Below, piece by piece: positions 41,545 to 51,602 of a stretch of DNA of 64,000 nucleotides. The DNA is from Candidatus Woesebacteria bacterium. Its GTDB lineage: Bacteria; Patescibacteriota; Microgenomatia; UBA8517. The stretch is from contig CP055307.1 in NCBI GenBank assembly GCA_013374835.1, positions 749,304-813,303 of the forward strand. Reading direction: 5' to 3'. The notes beneath the pieces were generated by a model. That model was not told where the DNA came from, searched no databases, and saw only the letters and a list, made by a program, of their open reading frames with translations. Positions within the stretch are counted from its first letter, which is position 1. The number at the start of each line of letters is the position of its first letter. The position numbers and the translations under genes were made by a program.

Positions 41545-42771
41545 ATGAGAGGCGTAAAAAACCTTAAAGGATTTAGGGATTTCCTCCCCGAAGAGGCCAA
41601 AAAAAGAAACCTAGTTAAAAATAGATTAATCGAAATATTTGAGCTTTGGGGGTATGAACCTATTGAATCGCCTACTCTCGAGCCGCTTGAGCTTTTTGAA
41701 GGAGAGATTGGTGAAGATGAAAGGCTTTTTTATAAGTTTGAGGATTACGGTAAAAGAAAAGTGGCTCTGCGTTACGACCAGACCGTCCCTACGGTCAGAA
41801 TAATCGGACAGTATTTAAATGAGCTAATTTTTCCATTTAAACGTTATCAAATCCAAACCGTTTTCAGAGCTGAAAAACCCCAAAAAGGAAGGTACAGAGA
41901 ATTTTTACAGGCTGATATTGATATATTCGGTGTCTCCTCCCCTATTGCGGATGCCGAAGTAATCGCAGTGGGGCTTGATGTGTTTAAGCAGCTTGGTTTT
42001 AAAAATTTTAAAGCCAAGATAAATAACAGGGATTTATTGACCGGTATCCCCTATAAGGCACTATCTTCTATCGACAACCTAGCAAAAATCGGCGAAGAAG
42101 GTGTTATTGCCGATATGGTAACAAGGGGTTTTTCGAAAAAAGTAGCGATGAATTACCTCTCAAAAACCAAGAAAATGAAGCCCGACAAAAAGCTTGAAAA
42201 TGTTTTTAGATATCTTAAAAATGCCGGATTTGGTGAAGAAAATTATGAATTCAGTCCGGATATAATTAGGTCTTTTTCCTATTCCGAGGGAATTATATGG
42301 GAAATTGTTTCCAAAGATTACGGCAAGGGAGCGCTTTCTCTGGCCGGCGGAGAGCGTTACGATGGAATGGTTAAACGCATTACGGGTAAAGACATTCCTG
42401 CAACGGGCATGTCTTTTGGGTTCGACAGGATGATCGAAGCTATGGATGAGGCTAATATAACCCTAACGCAGGATAAGAAAAAAGTTTTCGTGAGTGTATT
42501 TAATAGTGATCTTTTTGAAAAATCCATGAAAGTAAGCTTGTCTTTTAGAAAGGCAGGCATTGAATCTTTTACCTATCCCGACTCGGAAACAAAGCTCGAT
42601 AAACAAATAAAATATGCCGATCAGAAAAAATATGCGTTTGTAGCAATAATCGGACCGGATGAAGAAAAGGAGGGAAAAATAGCTTTGAAAAATCTTCTTA
42701 CCGGTGAACAGGAAAGTTTAAGTATTGAAGATGCAATTAAAAAAATTAAATCATCCTCGCTGCCCCGATGA
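41545..42771 (+). CDS. hisS: Histidyl-tRNA synthetase
   Basis: KGFRDFLP, LRYDQT, FRAEKPQKGRYREF, GGERYD; ATG 41545. Confidence 0.96.
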   Translation: MRGVKNLKGFRDFLPEEAKKRNLVKNRLIEIFELWGYEPIESPTLEPLELFEGEIGEDERLFYKFEDYGKRKVALRYDQTVPTVRIIGQYLNELIFPFKRYQIQTVFRAEKPQKGRYREFLQADIDIFGVSSPIADAEVIAVGLDVFKQLGFKNFKAKINNRDLLTGIPYKALSSIDNLAKIGEEGVIADMVTRGFSKKVAMNYLSKTKKMKPDKKLENVFRYLKNAGFGEENYEFSPDIIRSFSYSEGIIWEIVSKDYGKGALSLAGGERYDGMVKRITGKDIPATGMSFGFDRMIEAMDEANITLTQDKKKVFVSVFNSDLFEKSMKVSLSFRKAGIESFTYPDSETKLDKQIKYADQKKYAFVAIIGPDEEKEGKIALKNLLTGEQESLSIEDAIKKIKSSSLPR

Positions 42772-43685
42772 GTAAGAGAAGAATACGCGCTTATATATTG
42801 CTTTTGACGGCCACTGCTATCTGGGCAGCAGCAAGTCCAATTATAAAATTTACCCTAAGGGAAATATCCCCTCTTAATTTTCTAACTTACAGGTTTTTAA
42901 TTTCCGGAGTTATCGGTATTGTTTTTTTAATCCTTATGAAACCTAAGATTCCAAATAATAAGAAGGCTTATTTTTATCTTTTCAGTTACAGCATATTTAC
43001 AATGATCGCCCTTACGATGCTTTTTATGGGACTTGACCAAAGCCGGGTTCTTGATCTTGTGGTAGTTGATGTGCTTGGACCTTTGGTTACCGCACTGGCG
43101 GGTGCGATTTTTCTTAAAGAGCGGATAACGAGACGCGAAAAAACAGGATTGGCTATAGCTTTCAGCGGCACTTTAATAGCTATTGCGATACCATACTTGA
43201 TAAATAAAGGATTTGAGGCTTCACGGTTTAGTGGAAATATAATGTTGATTTTATTTATGATACTTGACACAGGCTCTTACATTCTTGCCAAAGAAGCTGT
43301 CAGAAATAAAATAGGGCCTGCTACTTTAGTCAATGTTACTTTTATAATACTTTTTTTATTTTTCGTACCACTAAACTATTTTATCAAAGGGGGTGAGTTT
43401 TTTTTGCATGAGAGCCTGAATTTGTCTGTTTACGGGCATTTGGGTGTAGCTTATATGGCGATCCTTTCAGGAACAGTTGCTTACACACTTTGGGCTGCCG
43501 GACAAAAAACTATTGAGGTAAGCGAAGCTTCTTTGTTTAGATATTTGTATCCTACTTTTTCAGCCCCACTTGCAGTTATCTGGCTTAGGGAAGAAATTAA
43601 CGGATATTTTTTGGTAGGTGCAGTACTAATTCTTATTGGTGTAATTTTGGCCGAATATAAAAAACACAAAAAACAATCTATTTGA
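42768..43685 (+). CDS. DMT/EamA family transporter
   Basis: About 10 TMs in two repeats; FLKERI and WLREEI. Confidence 0.9.
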   Translation: MSKRRIRAYILLLTATAIWAAASPIIKFTLREISPLNFLTYRFLISGVIGIVFLILMKPKIPNNKKAYFYLFSYSIFTMIALTMLFMGLDQSRVLDLVVVDVLGPLVTALAGAIFLKERITRREKTGLAIAFSGTLIAIAIPYLINKGFEASRFSGNIMLILFMILDTGSYILAKEAVRNKIGPATLVNVTFIILFLFFVPLNYFIKGGEFFLHESLNLSVYGHLGVAYMAILSGTVAYTLWAAGQKTIEVSEASLFRYLYPTFSAPLAVIWLREEINGYFLVGAVLILIGVILAEYKKHKKQSI

Positions 43686-43719
43686 ACTGATCAAATAAAA
43701 TTGCTATAATCATAAGCTT

Positions 43720-44067
43720 ATGAAAGCAAAAATTCATCCAAAATGGTATCCTGAGGCTATAGTAAAATGTGCTTGCGGGAATGTTTTTACTGTTGGCGCA
43801 CCCTACCCCGAGATAGAAGTGGAAATCTGCAGTAAATGCCACCCTTTTTACACGGGGCAAATGAAATACGTTGATACCGCTGGGCGTGTGGACGCTTTTA
43901 AAAGCAAGCAGTCAAGGGCGGACTCAAATAACTTATCGAAAGCAAAACGAAGAGCGATTAAGCGCGCCAAGAGAATTAGTGAGGAAATGAAAAGGCCGGA
44001 GTCTCTTTCCGAGCTGAGATCTTCAAAATCAAAAATTCTTTCCAAAAAGAAATCGAAGAAAAATTAG
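43720..44067 (+). CDS. rpmE: 50S ribosomal protein L31 with basic C-terminal extension
   Basis: [32 protein letters not shown]. Confidence 0.95.
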   Translation: MKAKIHPKWYPEAIVKCACGNVFTVGAPYPEIEVEICSKCHPFYTGQMKYVDTAGRVDAFKSKQSRADSNNLSKAKRRAIKRAKRISEEMKRPESLSELRSSKSKILSKKKSKKN

Positions 44068-44077
44068 AGAGGTTTTT

Positions 44078-44764
44078 ATGCAGACTGTTTACGTTGAAGT
44101 GCGAGGAGGAGCCGGCGGTGATGAAGCAAAAATTTGGGCATCGGATCTTTTGCGGATGTATTTTAGATATGCAAGCAACAAAGGGTTTAAAGTATCACAG
44201 ATTGATGAAAACACCCTTAAAATAAGTGGCGAAGGCGTTTATGAGCTTTTAAAAAACGAGACCGGTGTTCATAGAGTACAAAGAATTCCAGCTACCGAAA
44301 AAAGAGGGCGGATACACACTTCAACTGCAACAATTGCTGTTCTACCCGAGATTGCTCAGGATGAAATTTATATTAATCCAAACGATCTTGAAATATCTTT
44401 TTTCAGATCAGGAGGACATGGGGGACAAAATGTAAATAAAGTATCAACTGCCGTAAGGATTGTTCATAAGCCTACAGGAATAGTTGTAACAAGCCAGCAG
44501 GAAAGGACGCAGGAGCAGAACCGCGCGATTGCAATAGATCTTCTTCGAAGCAAGCTTTGGGAGATTGAAGAGAAAAAAAAAGCAAGTGCCCTAGCCTCAC
44601 ACAGAGCCAGTATTGGGAGGGCAATGAGGGCTGAAAAAATTAGGACTTATAACTTCCCCAGAAATCAAGTAAAAGATCACCGTGTAAACAAATCTTTTAG
44701 TAACATAGAAAATATACTAAACGGCGGGATAGATAAAATTTTAGAAGTTACTTCCGAAATATAA
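44078..44764 (+). CDS. prfA: Peptide chain release factor 1-like, lacking N-terminal domain 1
   Basis: GVHRVQRIPAT (PxT), GRIHTS, GGQNVNK, IRTYNFP; only 228 aa. Confidence 0.85.
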   Translation: MQTVYVEVRGGAGGDEAKIWASDLLRMYFRYASNKGFKVSQIDENTLKISGEGVYELLKNETGVHRVQRIPATEKRGRIHTSTATIAVLPEIAQDEIYINPNDLEISFFRSGGHGGQNVNKVSTAVRIVHKPTGIVVTSQQERTQEQNRAIAIDLLRSKLWEIEEKKKASALASHRASIGRAMRAEKIRTYNFPRNQVKDHRVNKSFSNIENILNGGIDKILEVTSEI

Positions 44765-44779
44765 AGTTGTTGTCTAAGC

Positions 44780-45934
44780 TTATTTAGAAGAATCGGAAAG
44801 AGTAGCTTCTACTTCCAGCGTTTCACCGTTTCTCCACAACTTTATCTTTACCCTATCGCCCGCTTTGTATTTTCCTATTTCATTGGCAAGGCCGTTTTCG
44901 CTATCGTCCACTTTTTGACCGTTAAATTCTGTTATTATATCGTCGATTTTAATGCCCGCCGACTGCGCCGGTGAACCCATAACAACATCAACTACATAAG
45001 CGCCTTGAGGAACGTCATTTAATATTGCCGTTTGCTTTGAAATCATCTGATAACGAACACCAAGAAAAGGTTTTGATGCGAATTGTCCGGTCTTATTGAA
45101 TTGATCCAAACCTTCTTTAACTACCTTTATGGGTATTGCAAAGCCTATGTTTTCGGCTCCTTGAGCAACTGCGACATTAACTCCTATTACCTGACCTGCG
45201 GAATTTAAAAGCGGCCCCCCTGAGTTTCCGGGATTTATCGCAGCGTCGGTTTGGATTACATCGTCAATCCTTTCTACATAGCCTTCAAAAGCACTTCCTG
45301 CCACAATTCCGCGGCCAAGACCCGAAATTACGCCCGTTGTAACGGTGTGTCTGAATTCCCCAAGTGCGGTCCCAATAGCAATAACAAATTGCCCTACTTT
45401 AAGATTTTCCGAATCTCCTAATTCTACAGGCTTTAAGCCGCTTGCGTTTATTCTTATAATCGCAACGTCGTTTACGGGGTCTTTTTTAATTTCTTCAACA
45501 GAATACTCTTTTCCATCTTTAGTAACCACTTTATATTCTACGTTTTCCTGGGACACTACATGTTTATTTGTAATGATTAATCCGTCGCTTGAAACTATAA
45601 ACCCGCTTCCTATGTCTTGAGGAGTGCCGCCTTCAATTCTCGAACGAAAGCCCTCAAAGGGATTAAACTCAAGCACTCTTCTGCTTGGAGTTTTGATCGT
45701 TACGGTTACCACAGATGGTGATACTTTTTCAGCAACATCTATTACTGCTGATTCTTCCGTAAGAATTTTTCTTTCTATCGAACCGAGACTGTGGGTGTCT
45801 ACGGTACGCTCTATGAAATAGTCAAGTGGTTTGATACCAAAAAACCTATCTGCCAATGCACCCGTTACCGCTATTGCGAGAAAGACAACACTCAAAAGTA
45901 TCCCCAGTAAAAAACTTTTAAAATTAAATCTCAT
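44780..45934 (-). CDS. HtrA/DegP serine protease with PDZ domain
   Basis: TNKHVV, DVAII, QTDAAINPGNSGGPL. Confidence 0.95.
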   Translation of the reverse strand: MRFNFKSFLLGILLSVVFLAIAVTGALADRFFGIKPLDYFIERTVDTHSLGSIERKILTEESAVIDVAEKVSPSVVTVTIKTPSRRVLEFNPFEGFRSRIEGGTPQDIGSGFIVSSDGLIITNKHVVSQENVEYKVVTKDGKEYSVEEIKKDPVNDVAIIRINASGLKPVELGDSENLKVGQFVIAIGTALGEFRHTVTTGVISGLGRGIVAGSAFEGYVERIDDVIQTDAAINPGNSGGPLLNSAGQVIGVNVAVAQGAENIGFAIPIKVVKEGLDQFNKTGQFASKPFLGVRYQMISKQTAILNDVPQGAYVVDVVMGSPAQSAGIKIDDIITEFNGQKVDDSENGLANEIGKYKAGDRVKIKLWRNGETLEVEATLSDSSK

Positions 45935-47177
45935 TAATTATTAATTTTAACGTTTCAGTCAAGACTTCGTCTTCTTGTGTTTCTAAGTTATCTTCTATGA
46001 TTACGTCTGGGTTAAGGCCTGTTTCATTTACCCAGAATTTGTTTGGCGTAAGCCAGCGCGCAATCGTAATATGAAGTCCTGACCCATCCTCTATAGATAT
46101 TGGCTCTTGAATAGTACCTTTTCCAAAAGTTTTTTGGCCAACAAGTGTTGCACCAAACTGATCTTTTAGTGCACCTGCAAGAATTTCCGATGCCGAAGCC
46201 GAGCCGTTGTTGATGAGCACAAAAACCGGGTATCTTTCAAGTCTTGGTATTTTTTCGTTTTTAAACTCTTTTGTTTGCCCTGTGGCATCCTCTTCTATAA
46301 CTATCGTATCTCCGTTTTCCAGAAAATCCGAAGCTATATAAACTGCAGCTTGTAGGTAGCCTCCCCCATTGTTTCTTACATCAAGTATAATTGCTTTTAT
46401 GTTTTTGTTTTTTTGAATTTCGTAAACCGCCTTATCCCATTCAGCTGAAGTCTCACCACCGAATTTATAAAGTTTGACATGAGCTATCTCCTTATCATCC
46501 CCAACATATTCCAGAACGACGCTTGGGATGTTAATTCTTTCCCTAACTACATCTACTAATAATGCATCCTCTCTTCCTTCTCGAAGAATTGCAAGCGTTA
46601 CTTTGGAGCCTGCAGGGCCTCTAATATCTTGGACCGCCTGAGGAAGTGTAATGCCTGATGTTGATTTGTCAATATTTTTATTTTCGTCTTTAATGCCGAT
46701 AATAAAGTCACCAGCTTTAATACCCGCTTTCTCTGCCGGAGAGCCCGGTAATGGTGAGATTACCGCAAGCTGATTCCCTCGATAGCCGATTTCAATGCCT
46801 ATTCCTTCAAAATTTCCTTGGAGATCTTCTTTTACCACTTTATTTTCGCCTGGAGTGAGGAAAGCCGTATAAGGATCACCAAGAGATGAAACCATTCCCT
46901 TAATCGCGCCATAGATCATTTCGGAATACACAATTTTTGATTTATCAAAATAGCTTGCTTCTAGCATATCCCACACCTGCCAAAAAAGATCGAAATTTAC
47001 ATCTTTGTTCTCAGGGATATTCCTTTGAATTACCGCATTTTCGATTGGATTATTGTTTTTAACCTGTTTTGCTCCCAAAAAAAATCCGGATGAAAATACA
47101 GCAATAAAAAAAATCAAAAAAAGAAGAATATTTCTTAATCTTAAAACAGTAATTTTTGGCAGAAAGTTTATTTTCAT
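45924..47177 (-). CDS. S41 carboxyl-terminal processing protease
   Basis: DPYT, GIG, DVRNNGGG, SASASEI, TFGKG. Confidence 0.95.
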   Translation of the reverse strand: MKINFLPKITVLRLRNILLFLIFFIAVFSSGFFLGAKQVKNNNPIENAVIQRNIPENKDVNFDLFWQVWDMLEASYFDKSKIVYSEMIYGAIKGMVSSLGDPYTAFLTPGENKVVKEDLQGNFEGIGIEIGYRGNQLAVISPLPGSPAEKAGIKAGDFIIGIKDENKNIDKSTSGITLPQAVQDIRGPAGSKVTLAILREGREDALLVDVVRERINIPSVVLEYVGDDKEIAHVKLYKFGGETSAEWDKAVYEIQKNKNIKAIILDVRNNGGGYLQAAVYIASDFLENGDTIVIEEDATGQTKEFKNEKIPRLERYPVFVLINNGSASASEILAGALKDQFGATLVGQKTFGKGTIQEPISIEDGSGLHITIARWLTPNKFWVNETGLNPDVIIEDNLETQEDEVLTETLKLIINEI

Positions 47178-47188
47178 TTCTAGGTGGG

Positions 47189-47401
47189 TTAGAGCTCGGG
47201 TTTATAAGGAAGAAGGCCAAGAAATCTAGCTCTTTTAATCTCTCTTGAAAGAATTCTTTGTTTTTTGGCGCTTAGACCTGACCTTTTTGCTGGAATTATT
47301 CTTGCCCTTTCTGTAAGAAATTTTGAGAGCTCTTTATAATCCTTGTAGGAAAAATTTTCAGGAAGAGTTAGTTTTTTTCTTTTGGGTTCAACTTTTTGCA
47401 T
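47189..47401 (-). CDS. rpsR: 30S ribosomal protein S18
   Basis: YKD...[24 protein letters not shown]; in the rpsF-ssb-rpsR operon. Confidence 0.93.
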   Translation of the reverse strand: MQKVEPKRKKLTLPENFSYKDYKELSKFLTERARIIPAKRSGLSAKKQRILSREIKRARFLGLLPYKPEL

Positions 47402-47406
47402 ATTTT

Positions 47407-47922
47407 TTAAAAAGGAATATCTTCTTCGCCGGGTTCGTCGGATTTTTCAGAGTTTTTTTTGGTTTCTGTGTCTTTTGGTTCTTCTTCTTTTTTCTTATCT
47501 TCATCCTCCAAATTCGACTCAAAATCCTCTGGAAGATCTATTTCCTCTTCCGAAGGTTCCGTGACTTGGTAATCGGGCGAGTCGTCTCTTGCCCTGTCAA
47601 GAAGGAGCATGTCAGAGATTACTATTTCTGTGGTTGTGCGCTTTACTCCGTCTTGTCCTGCCCATTGGCGGTTTTGGATTCTTCCTTCGACAAAAACTTT
47701 TTTGCCTTTTGAAAGCATTTGGGAACAAATTTCAGCTAATTTATCCCAAGCTACAACTCTATGAAAGTCCGCTTCGTCCCTAAGATCTCCTGAATCCGTT
47801 TTCCATTGCCTATTGGTCGCCACGGTAAAGGTACAAACCGCAGTTCCTTGCGGTGTATAACGAAGTTCCGGGTCCCTTGTAAGATTGCCTATTAACTGTG
47901 CCTTGTTCAAACTCCTAGCCAT
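47407..47922 (-). CDS. ssb: Single-stranded DNA-binding protein
   Basis: [19 protein letters not shown]; acidic tail ending DIPF. Confidence 0.97.
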   Translation of the reverse strand: MARSLNKAQLIGNLTRDPELRYTPQGTAVCTFTVATNRQWKTDSGDLRDEADFHRVVAWDKLAEICSQMLSKGKKVFVEGRIQNRQWAGQDGVKRTTTEIVISDMLLLDRARDDSPDYQVTEPSEEEIDLPEDFESNLEDEDKKKEEEPKDTETKKNSEKSDEPGEEDIPF

Positions 47923-47924
47923 AT

Positions 47925-48212
47925 CTATTTTTCAAGTTTTATTAGCAAATGTCTTAATATATCTTCTTCAAGCTTAAATTTACTGGGCAATTGTTTTGCC
48001 GCCTTTGGATCTAATTCTAAAGTAAATATTAAAAAAAGACCAGAGTCTTTTTTCTTTATGGGATAAACAAACTCTTTAATACCCCAATCAAGCGTTGATA
48101 GAACTTTTCCTTCAAAAACTGTAACTATTTTTGAAATCTTTTCCTCAAACGCCTTCTTTTTGACGGGAGTTGTTTTGCTATCCAAAATTACTACTAATTC
48201 ATACTTAGCCAT
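47925..48212 (-). CDS. rpsF: 30S ribosomal protein S6
   Basis: YELVVI, WGIKEFVYPIKK, ILRHLLIK. Confidence 0.93.
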   Translation of the reverse strand: MAKYELVVILDSKTTPVKKKAFEEKISKIVTVFEGKVLSTLDWGIKEFVYPIKKKDSGLFLIFTLELDPKAAKQLPSKFKLEEDILRHLLIKLEK

Positions 48213-48273
48213 ATGAGAGTGAGTATATCATAAACTTTTCAAAAAAGGAAAATTAATGTAATATATACACCCT

Positions 48274-48555
48274 ATGCCCGAAAGAACATTGCTACATCAG
48301 AATTACTTTTTAGAACGCGTACCTTTTACAAACAGCAGTCCTCGTTGTAAAAAAAATGACGAATTACCGTCACCGAGCAATCCACTTGGCGACGACAAAA
48401 ACAAACAAAAGCCCAAGTATTTATATGGAGAATATCATTTTCAAGATCCTTATTATATAAAAGAGGTCGGCTTTGATCAGTGGTTTAAGGATTATGCAGA
48501 ATGGTTTGAAGCATATCAGCGAAGATCGGGTGATAATGAAAGAAAGGATATCTAA
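48274..48555 (+). CDS. Hypothetical protein
   Basis: ORF track only. Confidence 0.45.
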   Translation: MPERTLLHQNYFLERVPFTNSSPRCKKNDELPSPSNPLGDDKNKQKPKYLYGEYHFQDPYYIKEVGFDQWFKDYAEWFEAYQRRSGDNERKDI

Positions 48556-49655
48556 GGGCTGATTTTGAATTCTACAACGTCACCATCTTTTATTTCGTAC
48601 TCTTTTCCTTCCGATCTCACCCTCCCCTTCTCTCTAGCGTTTTTCCACCCTCCTAAGGCTACAAATTCATCAGATTTTACGACATCTGCTTTAATAAACT
48701 TTTTTTCAAAGTCCGTGTGAATTACGGAGCTTGCCCTGACGGCTGGGGTGCCAGACGGAATGGTCCATGCTCGAACCTCTTTTTCCCCGGCAGTCAGAAA
48801 GGTAATCAAGCCAAGCATTTTGAAAGCTTTTTGGATCAACCTTTCAAGACCTGCCTCCTTTATTCCCAAATCCTCAAGGTACTCTCTCTGGTCAGAATCC
48901 GAAAGACTGTAAAGTTCGAATTCTATCTTGGCAGAAACTGCCACAATTTGTGATGGATGAACCCCAATTTCTTTTGCGAATGCCAACTCGAGCTTATTGC
49001 CTTCACGCAAGTCTTCTTCAGAGACATTAAGACAAATCAATATCGGCTTTGAAGTTAGAAGTGATAACTGCTTTGCGTACTTTTGTTCTTCGTCCGACAA
49101 CTCGACTTCTCGCGCGGGAATTCCTTGCGAAATCGCCTCTTTCAGCTTTGTCACAACTTTCCACCAGCCAAGAAGCTCTCTGTCGGAAGTGTTACCGGGA
49201 TCCTTCTGCTTTTCTAGGGTTTGCAAATCAGCCAGTTTAAGTTCCGTTTCTATTGTTTCAAAATCCGTTTTGGGATCAACTGTCCCCTCCTTTACAACAT
49301 CCGGGTCGGAAAAAGCCCGAACGACGTGGCAAATTACATCAACTTCACGGATATGAGACAAAAATTTATTTCCGAGCCCTTCACCCTTATGAGCCCCTGA
49401 AATTAAACCCGCTATATCAATAAACTCAACCGTCGCGGGGACTTCCGGTGGCAGTTGGTCCAGACTTTCTGATTCCTTAACAACTTCAGCCAACCTCCCC
49501 AATCGGGCATCAGGGACCGGCACAATGCCAATATTCGGCTCAATTGTGGCAAATGGAAAGTTGGCCACATACGCTTGTTGTCTTTTTAAAAGCGCGTTGA
49601 AAAGCGTTGACTTGCCAACGTTAGGCAAGCCCACAATACCGACCGATAGGTTCAT
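48552..49655 (-). CDS. ychF: Ribosome-binding ATPase YchF
   Basis: GIVGLPNVGKSTLFN, NFPFATIEPN, DIAGL, GEGLGNKFL, IHTDF. Confidence 0.97.
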   Translation of the reverse strand: MNLSVGIVGLPNVGKSTLFNALLKRQQAYVANFPFATIEPNIGIVPVPDARLGRLAEVVKESESLDQLPPEVPATVEFIDIAGLISGAHKGEGLGNKFLSHIREVDVICHVVRAFSDPDVVKEGTVDPKTDFETIETELKLADLQTLEKQKDPGNTSDRELLGWWKVVTKLKEAISQGIPAREVELSDEEQKYAKQLSLLTSKPILICLNVSEEDLREGNKLELAFAKEIGVHPSQIVAVSAKIEFELYSLSDSDQREYLEDLGIKEAGLERLIQKAFKMLGLITFLTAGEKEVRAWTIPSGTPAVRASSVIHTDFEKKFIKADVVKSDEFVALGGWKNAREKGRVRSEGKEYEIKDGDVVEFKISP

Positions 49656-49780
49656 GTCCCAACTTCTCGGTGGAAGTCAAACTTAGTTGTGGTAGTGGAA
49701 TGTGACATAAGACTTCTACCTCACTCCTTTCTTTTATAATTACTTTCTCTATTATATCTCGAATGAAGTTCTTTTTGTCA
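49639..49780. repeat. Direct repeat copy 1 (ychF promoter + leader + first codons)
   Basis: 142 bp; 6 mismatches and no indels versus 53402-53543 by manual alignment. Confidence 0.95.
49652..49708 (-). CDS. 18-aa leader ORF coupled to ychF
   Basis: SD AAAGGAGTGAGG then MSHSTTTTKFDFHREVGT*; stop overlaps the ychF ATG (ATGA). Confidence 0.55.
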   Translation of the reverse strand: MSHSTTTTKFDFHREVGT

Positions 49781-49795
49781 TAGAGTTCCAGGCTT

Positions 49796-49972
49796 TTAAT
49801 GACCTTCTATTAGAACTATTTTAATATCAGTGGATCTTTGACCTGCCTCATCAAACTCAAAGTCAACATAAATTTCCTTGATCTGTTTTGACTGGAAATA
49901 ATTCAAAAACTGTAAGCACGTTTGTACATCTTGGTACAAAAATCCCCTTCTAGTAGCAAATATTGTCGACAT
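49796..49972 (-). pseudogene. Truncated N-terminus of a Cap4/DUF4297-like restriction-fold nuclease
   Basis: MSTIFATRRGFLYQD...EIYVDFEFDEAGQRSTDIKIV; GFxYQ motif; stops before an ExK motif. Confidence 0.45.
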
Positions 49973-50013
49973 ATCATCCTATCCTGTATGCACTACTTAT
50001 AATTGCATTAAAA

Positions 50014-50517
50014 CTATTTCTTAAAATACTTAATTCCTTTCACTTTTATTTCTCTAGGATAAACTAGGGTTGTCTCTGGCAATTTATAATCATCTTTAAC
50101 ATAGGCCAATGTAAGATGAGGGATAAATCCTAACTGAACAGATTCTTCAAAGGGAAATCTTTTAAAACTTTCAGAAATTTTTCTTAATTCACCAGTGCTG
50201 TCAAGAACATCAACCCAAAGTATTTGACAAAAACCACTGTATTCTTTTCTAACTGTAAGCCCTCTCAGTACCAGTACTTCGGGCAAAGAGAGATTGGAAA
50301 TAAACGCATTCATTTCATTTTTATCAATCTTTTCATCAATTAAGCCATAAAAAAATGTCATATGCAGCTTCGAAGATACATCTCCTTGTATATAGTCAAC
50401 AGCATCTGAATTATATAAATCTTCTCTTTTGGTAATTACGCTGGTCAGCTTTTGGAAAGGCTTAATGTCACCCTCAGTAAATGTGGCCGCAACATAGCCG
50501 TAATCTCTTTCTGTCAT
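50014..50517 (-). CDS. 2H phosphoesterase family protein
   Basis: Two HxT motifs: LHMTFFYG and PHLTLAY. Confidence 0.8.
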   Translation of the reverse strand: MTERDYGYVAATFTEGDIKPFQKLTSVITKREDLYNSDAVDYIQGDVSSKLHMTFFYGLIDEKIDKNEMNAFISNLSLPEVLVLRGLTVRKEYSGFCQILWVDVLDSTGELRKISESFKRFPFEESVQLGFIPHLTLAYVKDDYKLPETTLVYPREIKVKGIKYFKK

Positions 50518-50576
50518 ATCGCAATTTTACTAGACTCCAAGTAGAAAAACAAACCTAAACACTATAAAATACAGGT

Positions 50577-51602
50577 ATGACAGATCAAATTAAGCAAATG
50601 GCTCCAAAAATCTTGGAAGCCATAAAAAAATCAAACAAAATTTTATTGCATTGCCATCCATATCCCGATCCAGATAGTGTCGGGTCGGTTTTGGCTATCG
50701 CTGCTGTGCTTAAAAAACTCGGGAGAGATGTAACGCCAATTATCGGTGATACAGAATATCCTCAAAGTCTTTTGGGACTTCCAAATCATGATTGGATACA
50801 ACCTAAAAATTATACTCAAATTGAACCTAACAACTTTGACCTCTTTTTAATCTTAGACAGCTCTTCTCCTTCACAAATAACACAATTAACTGAAATTGAA
50901 TTCTCGAATAACATGAATACTATTGTGATAGACCATCATGCTACAAATTCTAAATTTGGAAAACTTAACTTAGTTGAACCCACATATTCTTCTACCAGTC
51001 AAATTTTATATGAGCTTTTCAAACTTTGGAAAGTGGAGATCAGTCCTGATATTGCTGTTTGTTTATTCATAGGAATATTTGCAGACACAGGAGGATTTAA
51101 ATATCCAAACTCCACTCCCGAGGCTCTTCAAATGGCGTCTGAACTAGCAAAAATTAATCCTAACTATCATAAGTTAATTTTTGATCTTGAAAATAACAAA
51201 AAACCAATAGAGGTAGAGATGATTGGATTAGCACTCTCCTCCATAGAAAAGTATTTTTCTGATCATGTGGTTTTATCAGTAATCCCCTATGAAGAAATTA
51301 AGAAAAGAAATCTTTCAAAAAGTGATGCAATGGAAGGTCTAGTTGCCAGTTTACTTAAAGCTGTTGTTGGTTGGAATTTGGTAGCAAGCTTGGTGGAGGC
51401 AGAACCTAATGTCGTTACAGTAAGTCTAAGAACAAGAGATGAGAATAAATTTGACGTTAGTAAAATTGCAAAAACAGTTGGAGAAAAAGGTGGTGGCCAC
51501 AAAGGAGCAGCAGGGACGACTATTATAAAACCTCTCGATGAAGCAAAAGCAACCCTCTTAAGGGCGGTAGAGCAAACTTTTCCTGAATTAGGAAAGCAAT
51601 AA
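50577..51602 (+). CDS. DHH/DHHA1 phosphoesterase (NrnA-like)
   Basis: HPYPDPDSVGS, LD, IDHH, DTGGF, SLR, GGGHKGAAG. Confidence 0.93.
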   Translation: MTDQIKQMAPKILEAIKKSNKILLHCHPYPDPDSVGSVLAIAAVLKKLGRDVTPIIGDTEYPQSLLGLPNHDWIQPKNYTQIEPNNFDLFLILDSSSPSQITQLTEIEFSNNMNTIVIDHHATNSKFGKLNLVEPTYSSTSQILYELFKLWKVEISPDIAVCLFIGIFADTGGFKYPNSTPEALQMASELAKINPNYHKLIFDLENNKKPIEVEMIGLALSSIEKYFSDHVVLSVIPYEEIKKRNLSKSDAMEGLVASLLKAVVGWNLVASLVEAEPNVVTVSLRTRDENKFDVSKIAKTVGEKGGGHKGAAGTTIIKPLDEAKATLLRAVEQTFPELGKQ

